A DNA stretch of 64,000 bases from an uncultured Solirubrobacteraceae bacterium (GTDB taxonomy: Bacteria; Actinomycetota; Thermoleophilia; Solirubrobacterales; Solirubrobacteraceae): positions 144,779 through 208,778 of the forward strand of contig CAWGGR010000006.1 in assembly GCA_963822245.1 (NCBI GenBank), in the 5' to 3' direction. Below, in pieces: positions 9,248 to 17,646 of the stretch. A program made the position numbers and the translations under genes. The notes under the pieces are model-generated. The model did no database searches. It was not told where the DNA came from and was given only the letters and a program-made list of their open reading frames with translations. How positions within the stretch are numbered: the stretch's first letter is position 1; each line of letters opens with the position of its first letter.

Positions 9248-10762
9248 ATGAGGCTGCGAGGACTCCTGTCTGCGGCGATTGGCGCTGTCGCGCTCGCCGC
9301 GGTGCCCGCGGCGGCCACCGCCGAAGTTGTGACGCTCGGGGCCGCGGACCAGAACCAGACGCTCGTTGGTCCCGCGTTTGCGGGGTCTGAGGTGGTGTGG
9401 GCCGAGCGGGCGCTTCCCGGTGCCTCGCGCGCCCAGCTGTCGGTGCTCGCCGCGGTTCCGGGAGCGCACGGGTCGACGCTGTTCTCCACGCCGCCGCTGT
9501 CTTCGGCTGAAGATGAAATAGATCCCCTCGGCCTCGTCGCCTCGCCGACGAGGATCGCGCTCGCCTACCAGGTCGAAGTCCCCGAATGTGGCCGCCGCTC
9601 CGGGGCATGCCCCCAGCCGGATCTACGAGAAGTGCTCTCCGTGGCAGCGTTCGGCGGCACCCTCGGCGGACCGCTTCGCAGACTCACCGCCGCCGGCCTG
9701 AAGAACGGCGCGCTCGGTCTCTCAGGCGAAGAACTGGTGCTCGTCGAGCCACTGCGCACGGGCGGCGCCGGCGCATACGTGGAGAACCTCGCAGGCGCTG
9801 CGCCCGCACGTGACATTGGCATGGTCGGCACCGCCGGCGTATCGGTCGCCGGGCCCTACATCGCCAGCTCGAGCGCCGGCGCGATCACCGTGATGACGCT
9901 GGCCGGGGCGCCCGTCTACAGCGTGGCGCTGCCGCTCGCGGACGCGGCAGGATGCACCTCTGACTCAAGCGGAGTGGGCCGCGAACAGGACGGAAGCGCA
10001 CCGTGCGGCTACGCGCTCGACGCCGACGGCACGCTGGCGATCGCGGGCAGCGGCCCGGCGGGCCTCTACTGGGCCTCGCCCGCACAGCCACAGCTGCACC
10101 CGGTCGCGGTCACACTCGCAAGTCCTCTCGTTGCGATCGCCGACGATGAGATCGTCTACCTCAGCCCGCTCGGCGCAAACTCCACACAACTCGAGCTCAC
10201 CGATCTGTCCGGCGGCACGCGCGCGATCAGCTCCCCGATCAACGACGGCGGGGCGGGGCTCTCGGGGCTCGCGTTCAACGGCACGAGCGTCGCGTGGGCC
10301 GATCACTGCGTCTACGCCGCCGGCGTTGCTGCCGGCGCGCCGGGCGGCCCACCGGAACGCGCCTGTGAGGCGGTGACGATCCAGCCCGGCGAGAACGAAA
10401 GCACGAAGGTCGCCGCCGACGGGCGCGTCAGGCTTGCCTTGAGCTGTCAGTACTCGCCGTGCAGCGGCTCGTTGGCGCTGACGAGCACACTCGACAGGAG
10501 CATCGGCACGGGCAGGCGCACGAGGCTCAAGCAGGTGAGAGTGACGATTGCCAGCGGGAGCTTCACGGCGCTCCCGGTCAGGGAAGCCGACAGCGTCTCG
10601 CTCAGCCTCAACCAAAGGGGGCTGAGGCTGCTGCGCGAAAGCCGCCACGGCCTGAGCGCCACCCTGACGGCGACGGTAGCGCTCGCGTCGACTGCGCAGA
10701 CGACGAGCGCAGCCGTGTCCCTTCACAGCACAGGACCACGCCGCCGACCGCCGGACGAGTAG
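9248..10762 (+). CDS. Secreted beta-rich protein with Cys-containing basic C-terminal domain
   Basis: Signal peptide MRLRGLLSAAIGAVALAAVPAAATA; C-terminal LSCQYSPCSGSLAL...LSLNQRGLRLL. Confidence 0.7.
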   Translation: MRLRGLLSAAIGAVALAAVPAAATAEVVTLGAADQNQTLVGPAFAGSEVVWAERALPGASRAQLSVLAAVPGAHGSTLFSTPPLSSAEDEIDPLGLVASPTRIALAYQVEVPECGRRSGACPQPDLREVLSVAAFGGTLGGPLRRLTAAGLKNGALGLSGEELVLVEPLRTGGAGAYVENLAGAAPARDIGMVGTAGVSVAGPYIASSSAGAITVMTLAGAPVYSVALPLADAAGCTSDSSGVGREQDGSAPCGYALDADGTLAIAGSGPAGLYWASPAQPQLHPVAVTLASPLVAIADDEIVYLSPLGANSTQLELTDLSGGTRAISSPINDGGAGLSGLAFNGTSVAWADHCVYAAGVAAGAPGGPPERACEAVTIQPGENESTKVAADGRVRLALSCQYSPCSGSLALTSTLDRSIGTGRRTRLKQVRVTIASGSFTALPVREADSVSLSLNQRGLRLLRESRHGLSATLTATVALASTAQTTSAAVSLHSTGPRRRPPDE

Positions 10763-10846
10763 CCGAGCGGGGCCGCCTCTGGGTCGTCACCGGGACGGCC
10801 GCTGAGCGGCTAGGCACGAGCGGCGGCGCTTGCGATCGTATAGCTG

Positions 10847-11491
10847 ATGGACCCCTGCTCGAACAGCGTCTCGCGCCCACCCGCGACGCTCGCGCTCGGC
10901 GCGATCACGCTCACGCGCTGGCGCAGCAGCGACCTCGAGCCCCTGTTCGCAGCGGTCACGCGGAGCATCGAGCACCTGCGCCCATGGCTCGCGTTCGCGG
11001 GCGAGCACAGCCGCGACTCGATCGCTCGGTTCCTCGCCGACAGCGACAGCGGCTGGGAGCGCGGCGAGCACTTCCGCTACGCGATTCGTGACCGCGACGG
11101 GACGATCGCGGGCAGCATCGCGCTGATGGCCCGGATCGGCCCGAACGGGCGCGAGATCGGCTACTGGGTCGGCGCGCGCCACGTGCACAGGGGCATCGCC
11201 ACGCTGGCCGCTGCCGCGCTCACAGAGCGGGGACTCGCGCTCGCCGGTGTCGAGCACATCGAGATCCACCACGACGAGGCGAACCTCGCGAGCGCCGCGA
11301 TTCCCGCCCGGCTCGGCTTCCGCAAGCTCGGCACGTTCGCCGCCGAGCCGAAAGCGCCTGCGGATGCCGGTCGCGACGTGCGCTGGCGGCTCGACGCGGC
11401 CGACTTCGCCGCGAGCCCCGCGTGTGCCCTGCTCGCCGCGCTTCGCGCGCGCACGGTCACGCCCGGGCCTTCGCCGCAGAGGACGCGCTGA
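10847..11491 (+). CDS. RimJ/RimL-type GNAT acetyltransferase
   Basis: HLRPWL, EIGYWV...RGIAT, NLASAAIPARLGF. Confidence 0.88.
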   Translation: MDPCSNSVSRPPATLALGAITLTRWRSSDLEPLFAAVTRSIEHLRPWLAFAGEHSRDSIARFLADSDSGWERGEHFRYAIRDRDGTIAGSIALMARIGPNGREIGYWVGARHVHRGIATLAAAALTERGLALAGVEHIEIHHDEANLASAAIPARLGFRKLGTFAAEPKAPADAGRDVRWRLDAADFAASPACALLAALRARTVTPGPSPQRTR

Positions 11492-11518
11492 CGCGCTGCT
11501 CGATGCGGCCAGCCGGCC

Positions 11519-11950
11519 TCAGGCCTCGGGTGGGCTCTCGCCGGCGCGTGCGCGCGCCGCGACGACCTGTTCATGCACGTGCCAGTGCCAGCCTTCGCGC
11601 AGCTCGAGGATCGCCGCCGGCTCCTCCTGGCGCCAGTTGCGATGCAGCACGACCGCCGCGAACAGCGCCTCGGCGACGATGTTCGGGCGCTCGCGCACGG
11701 CGAGGTTGATGACCGTCAGCAGGTCTTCCGGCGCGGTCACCTCATACAGCTTTTCGAGCCCCCCCTGGCCTGCGTCGAGCACCTCGACGAGATCCGCGCT
11801 CGCGCTCATCGCGCGCTGTTCGGCAAGTGCGACGAGCGCGCCGCGCGCCTGCGCCGGGAGCGCGTCGATCGCCGCGTCGCGCTGCTCCTCGGACATCGAT
11901 GCGAACTCGCCGAGGAACCTCAGCACCCAGTCCTCCTCGCTCGCATTCAT
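11519..11950 (-). CDS. Hypothetical helical protein
   Basis: GAGGAG SD before ATG 11950; protein-like composition. Confidence 0.55.
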   Translation of the reverse strand: MNASEEDWVLRFLGEFASMSEEQRDAAIDALPAQARGALVALAEQRAMSASADLVEVLDAGQGGLEKLYEVTAPEDLLTVINLAVRERPNIVAEALFAAVVLHRNWRQEEPAAILELREGWHWHVHEQVVAARARAGESPPEA

Positions 11951-12065
11951 CGCTGCTCCTCCTCGTTCGTCTCTCGCTGGGCGCGCCGTCCCGCCGGCAC
12001 GATACGCCCCGCCCAGGTCGGCGCGTGGGCATTGCACCCCACGCGTGTGCGTGCCACAGCGCCGC

Positions 12066-13949
12066 TCAGATCCCCGGGCGATTCCTGAAGCCGTTGCCGC
12101 GACGATCCCCGCTCGACGCTTCCCATGCGGCGTTCCAGTCGTTCGTCTCGCGCATCATCGCGTCGGCCGCATCGCGCGCCGCCAGATCCTCCGCTTCGGC
12201 TGCCTGCTGGGCCGCCAGCGACGCGGCCACGGGCGGCGCGACCGGCGCGGCAACCGCCGTCGCGGCCGTACCCGTCGCAGTCTCCGCGACCGCCATCTCC
12301 TCGGTTCGCGCCTCGTTCACGAGCCGCGTCAGCGGATGCTCGCCGGCGTAGCCCTCGGCCGGTTCGGGCACCTGCGGGTTGAGCGCATAGCGGAAATGCC
12401 CGCTCTCATCGGTCACCCAGTAGGCATCCCCCTCGGCGGTCGTCTCGTGCAGGATCGAGCGGTCGTAGTGTTCGGCGATCCGCGCGAGCGCCTCCATGTC
12501 GGTGACGTCGATCACGGCGACGCCCGGCAGCTGCCAGACGCGGTCGACGGGCACGATCATGCGTCGGTAGCGCGACTGGATCGTGGCCGACTCCTCGCGC
12601 CGGCGCGGTCGGATGAGCACCCGCGCGGCGATCAGAGAAGCGATGATCAGCAGGATCGCCACGAGCGAGAAGACGCGCGCGCCCGCGACCGGCACGTGCA
12701 CGAAGCCGAGGTTCAGATCGAGCGCCTGGCTGTGCTCGGCGCTCGCCGAGCCGCTCTGGGACTGGGTGAACTGGCTCGGCGACGGCTGTGCTGCCGCCGT
12801 AGCCGAAGCCGGGGCGCCCGCGACCGTCGGCTGAATCTCACCGGTGGTGATCTGGAACGGGAACTGCGGCGAGAAGGTCGTGTGCAGCGGCAGCCGGCCG
12901 ATCGTCCCGGTCGAGCTCACATGCGGGCTGATCGTGACCGTGTAGCTGCCGCTCGCGCCGGTCGCGATCTTGAAGCGCTCCATCAGCGCGAGCAGCGAGG
13001 TGACGCTCAACGGCGCCGAGATCACGCCGTGGTCACCGTGGAAGTAGGCCGGCGGCCCCAGCGCGAAGGTGTTCTGCCAGCCGCTCGTCGAGGCGACGGT
13101 CGCATCCAGCGTGAGCTTCCCCGCGAGCGCGTGCGGCGCGTTCGATTCGAACAGGTAGTTGAAGTGGATCTCGGCCGCACGCACGACCTGGGTGAACAGC
13201 GGATCGCCAGTCACAGCGCGGTTTTCCGGATACACCGGCCCGGGAGGCGCCTGTGCGGTATAGGACAGCGTACCGGCCTGCTGGTAGGGGACCTTGACCG
13301 GCAGGCGCGCGCTCGAGGAGCGCGTGAACGCGAGCAGCGCGAGCAGCAGGAACGGCATCAGCACGGTCGCCGCGACCATCAGCACGCTCGCCGCCGGCAG
13401 CTCGACCGGCGCGTGCACCGGCATGCGCACGCGCGGGCTCTTCGCGTCCTCGCCCTTTCGCCGTGCCCTACCGCGACGGCGGCGGCGTTTCGTGAAGGCC
13501 GCTCCGGCGAACAGCAGCGTCCCGAAGGCGACGAGGATGCCGACGAGCGCGGGCGAGCGCAGCGAATGCAGCGTCGCCCCCGCGCCTGGAACGTGCAACC
13601 ACAGGGCGCCGATGATCTGGCTGCCTCTGGGGTGTTCGAAGTCCACGAAGTTGTTGTGATCGCCCTTCATCACGTAGCGTGAGCCCGCGCGCCCGATGAT
13701 CCGGTGCAGCACGATCGTGTGGAAGATGATGCTGTTGTAGGCGACGATTTCGCCGACGTGATAGCTGCTCTGAGCGCGGACGACCGCGAGGTCACCGGTG
13801 TGGAAGCGCGGCTGCATGCTGACCCCGTCGGTCACCACGTAGCTGGTGTCGCCGCCGAGAGCAGCCGGGGCGAAGCAGAACCACAGCGCGCCGATGATGA
13901 TCAGGCCAAGAAGGCCAGAGAGGAGCTTCTTGGTTCGAGGCGGTCGCAT
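12066..13949 (-). CDS. SipW-type (Ser-His) signal peptidase I fused to a DUF5305-like extracellular domain and a cytoplasmic tail
   Basis: GVSMQP (catalytic Ser), IVLHRII (His), MKGDHNNFVD; then TM, beta-rich domain, TM, cytoplasmic domain. Confidence 0.85.
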   Translation of the reverse strand: MRPPRTKKLLSGLLGLIIIGALWFCFAPAALGGDTSYVVTDGVSMQPRFHTGDLAVVRAQSSYHVGEIVAYNSIIFHTIVLHRIIGRAGSRYVMKGDHNNFVDFEHPRGSQIIGALWLHVPGAGATLHSLRSPALVGILVAFGTLLFAGAAFTKRRRRRGRARRKGEDAKSPRVRMPVHAPVELPAASVLMVAATVLMPFLLLALLAFTRSSSARLPVKVPYQQAGTLSYTAQAPPGPVYPENRAVTGDPLFTQVVRAAEIHFNYLFESNAPHALAGKLTLDATVASTSGWQNTFALGPPAYFHGDHGVISAPLSVTSLLALMERFKIATGASGSYTVTISPHVSSTGTIGRLPLHTTFSPQFPFQITTGEIQPTVAGAPASATAAAQPSPSQFTQSQSGSASAEHSQALDLNLGFVHVPVAGARVFSLVAILLIIASLIAARVLIRPRRREESATIQSRYRRMIVPVDRVWQLPGVAVIDVTDMEALARIAEHYDRSILHETTAEGDAYWVTDESGHFRYALNPQVPEPAEGYAGEHPLTRLVNEARTEEMAVAETATGTAATAVAAPVAPPVAASLAAQQAAEAEDLAARDAADAMMRETNDWNAAWEASSGDRRGNGFRNRPGI

Positions 13950-14014
13950 GGTCCGAAACGGGCGCGGAGCGGCCGAGTACACAAGCCGCTCCGCATAGCC
14001 CTGTTCATTGCTTG

Positions 14015-14428
14015 CTATTCGATCGTCACTGTTCCGCTGCTGACGGCGGCGACAGAGAGTTTCACGCCTTCCGCAACCGGAACCGGCGCCGGGAATTTGC
14101 AGGTGACCGCGAACGGCGTGGCTTTCGCTTCGCCACAGTCCGCCCAGTCGGCTTTCACCGGCGCGCTTTCGGTCAGTGCGGCCTTGACGTCGGTCGCGGC
14201 CTTGTTCAGGTCGAAGGTGACTTCCGTCATCGTCGTACCTGCTTCGTTGAACGTGTAGTTCGTCGGTGAAGCGACTTCGTAGCCACTCACCGTCGCTGAG
14301 CCGGCACCCGCCGAGTGTGCTTCGACCGTGTTGCTCGCGGTGAACGCGTATGCGCCCACCCCGATCACAGCCGCGAACACAAACGCCAGTACGCCGACGA
14401 GGTTTCGCTTCCTAAAATGCGTTGACAC
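14015..14428 (-). CDS. Small secreted SipW-cognate (TasA/CalY-like) protein, 137 aa
   Basis: GTG start with AAGGGGG SD; basic-hydrophobic leader ending GVGAYA-FTASNTV; beta-rich body with two Cys; adjacent to the SipW-type peptidase. Confidence 0.75.
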   Translation of the reverse strand: MSTHFRKRNLVGVLAFVFAAVIGVGAYAFTASNTVEAHSAGAGSATVSGYEVASPTNYTFNEAGTTMTEVTFDLNKAATDVKAALTESAPVKADWADCGEAKATPFAVTCKFPAPVPVAEGVKLSVAAVSSGTVTIE

Positions 14429-14567
14429 GTCAGTGCCCCCTTTTCTGTGTTGGTGGACACCTGGCGTGTCCTCCCGGGCGCATCGACATGCCTTTATCGT
14501 TGCTACACGCCTGCACCCCCGATTGCAGACGAAAGTTGAGGTTTGGCGCTCGGCTGGGCGTTTTCTT

Positions 14568-15056
14568 TCAGTCGTTCCACCAGAGGTCCTCCTGCTCGGC
14601 GGCCGAGCGCTCGATCTCCTCGAGTGTGACGTCTGTGCGCCGATCCTCGACCATCGTCTGCAACGCCTCGCCGATGCTCGGGGCCCAGACGTGCCGCGCG
14701 ACGGCCACGCGCCCGGAGTCCTCGTCGAACAGTTTCCATTCGAGCTCGACCAGCGGCGCGCGCGACTGCGGCGCGTCATCGGGCACCGGGGCGCCCCAGC
14801 CGTAGAGCGTGATCTGTGCCTGCCAGCCGTGCGGGCAGAGCTCGCCCATTACGGCAAGCGCCTGCCACTGGTCGGACACCGGTCCGGGCCGCTGCGGGCG
14901 CCGCAGCCGGTGGCGGGCGATCAGGGCTGCCGCCGCTGCCATCACGACGATCAGCACGATCACGAGCAGCGTGTCGTGAGCGACCGCCTGCGCCGGGTGC
15001 GCGGTCCCGCCCTGCGGGCCGCTCGCGATCACGAAGGCGGCGGCGAAGGCGCTCAT
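14568..15056 (-). CDS. Hypothetical single-TM protein
   Basis: Hydrophobic segment LLVIVLIVVMAAAAALIA followed by a Trp-rich domain. Confidence 0.6.
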   Translation of the reverse strand: MSAFAAAFVIASGPQGGTAHPAQAVAHDTLLVIVLIVVMAAAAALIARHRLRRPQRPGPVSDQWQALAVMGELCPHGWQAQITLYGWGAPVPDDAPQSRAPLVELEWKLFDEDSGRVAVARHVWAPSIGEALQTMVEDRRTDVTLEEIERSAAEQEDLWWND

Positions 15057-15230
15057 CGCAGGCCGCTCACGCCGCCTGATCGGGCCGAGGAAGCAGATGC
15101 CACCCGCTTGCTCTCATCGCCTCTCCCACGGTAGCCGCTCGGCCACCGTCGTGCGCTGCCATTCCCCCGGCCGCCGGTGCCCGGCGCGTGCCCGTCGGGC
15201 AAGCGCCGCTGCCAGCCGCCGGCGGAGCGC

Positions 15231-15356
15231 TCAGGCGCGCTCAGCGCCGATTCCGAGTGCGCGCCTGACCGTCTCGCGCATGAACAGCCGATAGGCCACG
15301 TCGGTCAGGGCAAGTGCCGTGATCACGCGCCTCAAAAGTACCCCTGACTCCCCCAT
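15231..15356 (-). CDS. Small 41-aa protein (not in ORF track)
   Basis: AAGGAGGAG SD before ATG; MGESGVLLRRVITALALTDVAYRLFMRETVRRALGIGAERA. Confidence 0.6.
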   Translation of the reverse strand: MGESGVLLRRVITALALTDVAYRLFMRETVRRALGIGAERA

Positions 15357-15512
15357 TACGCTCCTCCTTGAACGTGGTGCTGCGTGCTCCCCTGTGTCCC
15401 CTGTTTATCTGCTCCCGAACAACGGTAGGGGATCGGACCAGGGCAGTCAACGTCTGCACGCTCGCCGTCACGCAGCCGCTGGGGACGCGGCCGCGGTAGT
15501 AGCCTGCGGGCG

Positions 15513-16163
15513 ATGGCGGACACGGGTACGATCGCCTCGCTGGCAACAGCCGCGGGGACCCTCGTGTTGGCGATCGCGACGTTCTCCTCGACCCGCTCGG
15601 CAAACCGCGCGGCACGGGTCTCCGAGCAGGCGCTGAAGGTCGGCCTGCGCCCGGTTCTGCTCAACGCCCGCCCGCAGGACCCGGCGCAGAAGGTCGGCTT
15701 CATCGATGACCACTGGCTGATGCTGCGCGACGGGCTCGCCGCGGTCCAGGAGGCGGAGGAGAAGCTGTATCTCGCGATCCCGCTGCGCAACGTCGCCTCC
15801 GGGCTCGCCGTGCTGCACGGCTGGCACATCTGGCCGCTGCGCGCGAGCGGCGAGCAGCCCCCGGTGGCCGCCGAGGAGTTCCGGCGGCTGCAGCGCGACC
15901 TGTACGTGCCGGCCGGCGATATCAGCTTCTGGCAGGCCGCTGTGCGCGATCCCTCCGAGCCGCTGTATCAGCCACTGCGCGACGCGATCCGTGCCCGCAG
16001 CGGGCTCAGCGTCGACATCCTCTACGGCGATCACGACGGTGGCCAGCGCACGATCACGCGTTTCTTCCTGGGACCGCGCCAGCATGGCGACGAGGACGAG
16101 CCTTGGCTGTGGATCTGCTCGACCTCGCGCCACTGGAACCTCGATCGCGAGGACCCGCGCTGA
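15513..16163 (+). CDS. Hypothetical protein with N-terminal TM anchor
   Basis: IASLATAAGTLVLAIATF TM segment, then a globular domain. Confidence 0.65.
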   Translation: MADTGTIASLATAAGTLVLAIATFSSTRSANRAARVSEQALKVGLRPVLLNARPQDPAQKVGFIDDHWLMLRDGLAAVQEAEEKLYLAIPLRNVASGLAVLHGWHIWPLRASGEQPPVAAEEFRRLQRDLYVPAGDISFWQAAVRDPSEPLYQPLRDAIRARSGLSVDILYGDHDGGQRTITRFFLGPRQHGDEDEPWLWICSTSRHWNLDREDPR

Positions 16164-16176
16164 GGTCGCCGCGAGC

Positions 16177-17136
16177 TCAGCTCTGCCCGTAGCCGAGCAG
16201 CTCGAAGCTCTCGAGCGCCGCGTTCACCGCCCCCTCCGCGGCTTCGACCTGCTGCTTAGCGAGCGCGTATTCGCCCGGGTCTTCCGCGCTCGCGGCTGCG
16301 GCGAGCGCGGTGTAGGCGCTGCGCGCCTGCGCGATCGCCGCGGCGAGCGCCGTCTGCGCGGCGCTCGCCGCGGGCGGCGGTTCGAGCTTGAGGAGCGCTT
16401 CGGAGGCATCCGCAAAGCGGGTGGACAGAGCGCTCGCGAGCGGCGCGACCGCGGCGAGGCTTTCGCGGGCGTGGATCTCGCGGCGCAGCGTCACGCGCTC
16501 CTTCTCGAGCCTGCCGAGCAGCGGCGCGAGCTGGGCGGCGTAGGCGTTGTCCGGGCTGAGCACGTCGGCGGACTGGCCGACGAGCGTCAGCTGGTCGACG
16601 ATTTCTTCGCACTCGTGCAGGTCGGCCGCGTCGCCACTCGCCGCGTCGCAGGCGACGATCGTCGGCTGCGCGCCGAGGTTCGGGATCACATACAGGTCGA
16701 CGATGCGGTTGAAGCCGGGAACGCTCAGCTGGCTGTAGCGGTAGGCCTGGACGTTTGCGAGGCTCACCACTTCGGTGTGCGGCACACCGTGCAGGCGCGA
16801 GAGGAACGATTGCGGCAGTGGGCTCGCTCCGCTGCCGGCGAACTGCCCGCTGAACAGGCCCGCTCGCGCGGCGTCGCCGCCCGGCGCGAGCAGGAACGGT
16901 CGTGCGATCGCGATGCCGGGGACGGCCGGCATCGTGCTCACCCGCTGCCAGCTCGCGGGATATTCGAACAGGACCGTGCCCACCGAGCCGACGTGGGTCG
17001 GCCCGCTCTGCGCGACCGGCACGTCGCCGCCGCCCGCGCTCGATGTGCCATGAATCCCGACCAGATAGGCAACGATCGCGATCACCGCGAGAATCGGGAT
17101 CACGACCGCCGGCAGCACGCGATTTGAGCGATACAC
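16177..17136 (-). CDS. Membrane-anchored extracellular protein (alpha/beta domain plus helical bundle)
   Basis: N-terminal TM, FEYPASWQ start of domain, Ala-rich C-terminal helices; 3 bp from the upstream gene. Confidence 0.7.
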   Translation of the reverse strand: MYRSNRVLPAVVIPILAVIAIVAYLVGIHGTSSAGGGDVPVAQSGPTHVGSVGTVLFEYPASWQRVSTMPAVPGIAIARPFLLAPGGDAARAGLFSGQFAGSGASPLPQSFLSRLHGVPHTEVVSLANVQAYRYSQLSVPGFNRIVDLYVIPNLGAQPTIVACDAASGDAADLHECEEIVDQLTLVGQSADVLSPDNAYAAQLAPLLGRLEKERVTLRREIHARESLAAVAPLASALSTRFADASEALLKLEPPPAASAAQTALAAAIAQARSAYTALAAAASAEDPGEYALAKQQVEAAEGAVNAALESFELLGYGQS

Positions 17137-17139
17137 GCT

Positions 17140-17646
17140 CTAACCGGAACTGTCGAACGACGTGCCGCTGCCTTCGTTCGCGGGCGCGGAGTGCGTGCTC
17201 GGCGGCGTCCCGCCGCTCGTCGGCGACGGCGTGCTCGCGGGGGTGCTCGGCGGCGCGCTCGCTGGCGCCGTGTGCTGGACGGGCGCCGTCTCCGCCGGCG
17301 CGCTGACGCTCGGCGCGAGCACGACGTGCGCTTTCGCCGGTGTGCTCGGCGTCGGGGCCGCATGGCTCACGACCGCCGCTGGGGGCGGTGGTGGCGGCGG
17401 GCTCGTCAGCGCCAGCTCCGGCGCACCGCCGAGCGCGGCCGGCACGACGACCGTGGATGTGCTCACGGGCAGCCGCAGCGGGGCGACTTCGCGCGGGGCA
17501 GGGACCTGGCGCTCCCTGCGACCGATGGTGTAGAAGCCCGCGAACACAGCCGCGCACAGGCATGCCGTGAGCAGCAGGGTGCGCATGTCGATGCGGGTGT
17601 CGCGAGGGACCGGGGCGCCGCGCGAGCTGATGTTGAGGCTGTTCAT
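17140..17646 (-). CDS. Pro/Thr/Ser-rich single-TM protein
   Basis: TM LLLTACLCAAVFAGFYTIG then a low-complexity Pro-rich tail; TGATG overlap with the adhesin stop. Confidence 0.65.
   Translation of the reverse strand: MNSLNISSRGAPVPRDTRIDMRTLLLTACLCAAVFAGFYTIGRRERQVPAPREVAPLRLPVSTSTVVVPAALGGAPELALTSPPPPPPPAAVVSHAAPTPSTPAKAHVVLAPSVSAPAETAPVQHTAPASAPPSTPASTPSPTSGGTPPSTHSAPANEGSGTSFDSSG

Noticed and set aside
14429-14567. TasA-like gene leader considered as a c-di-GMP riboswitch
   Set aside because: No GCAAAC/GNRA/GCAAAG pattern found; probably just a promoter region.
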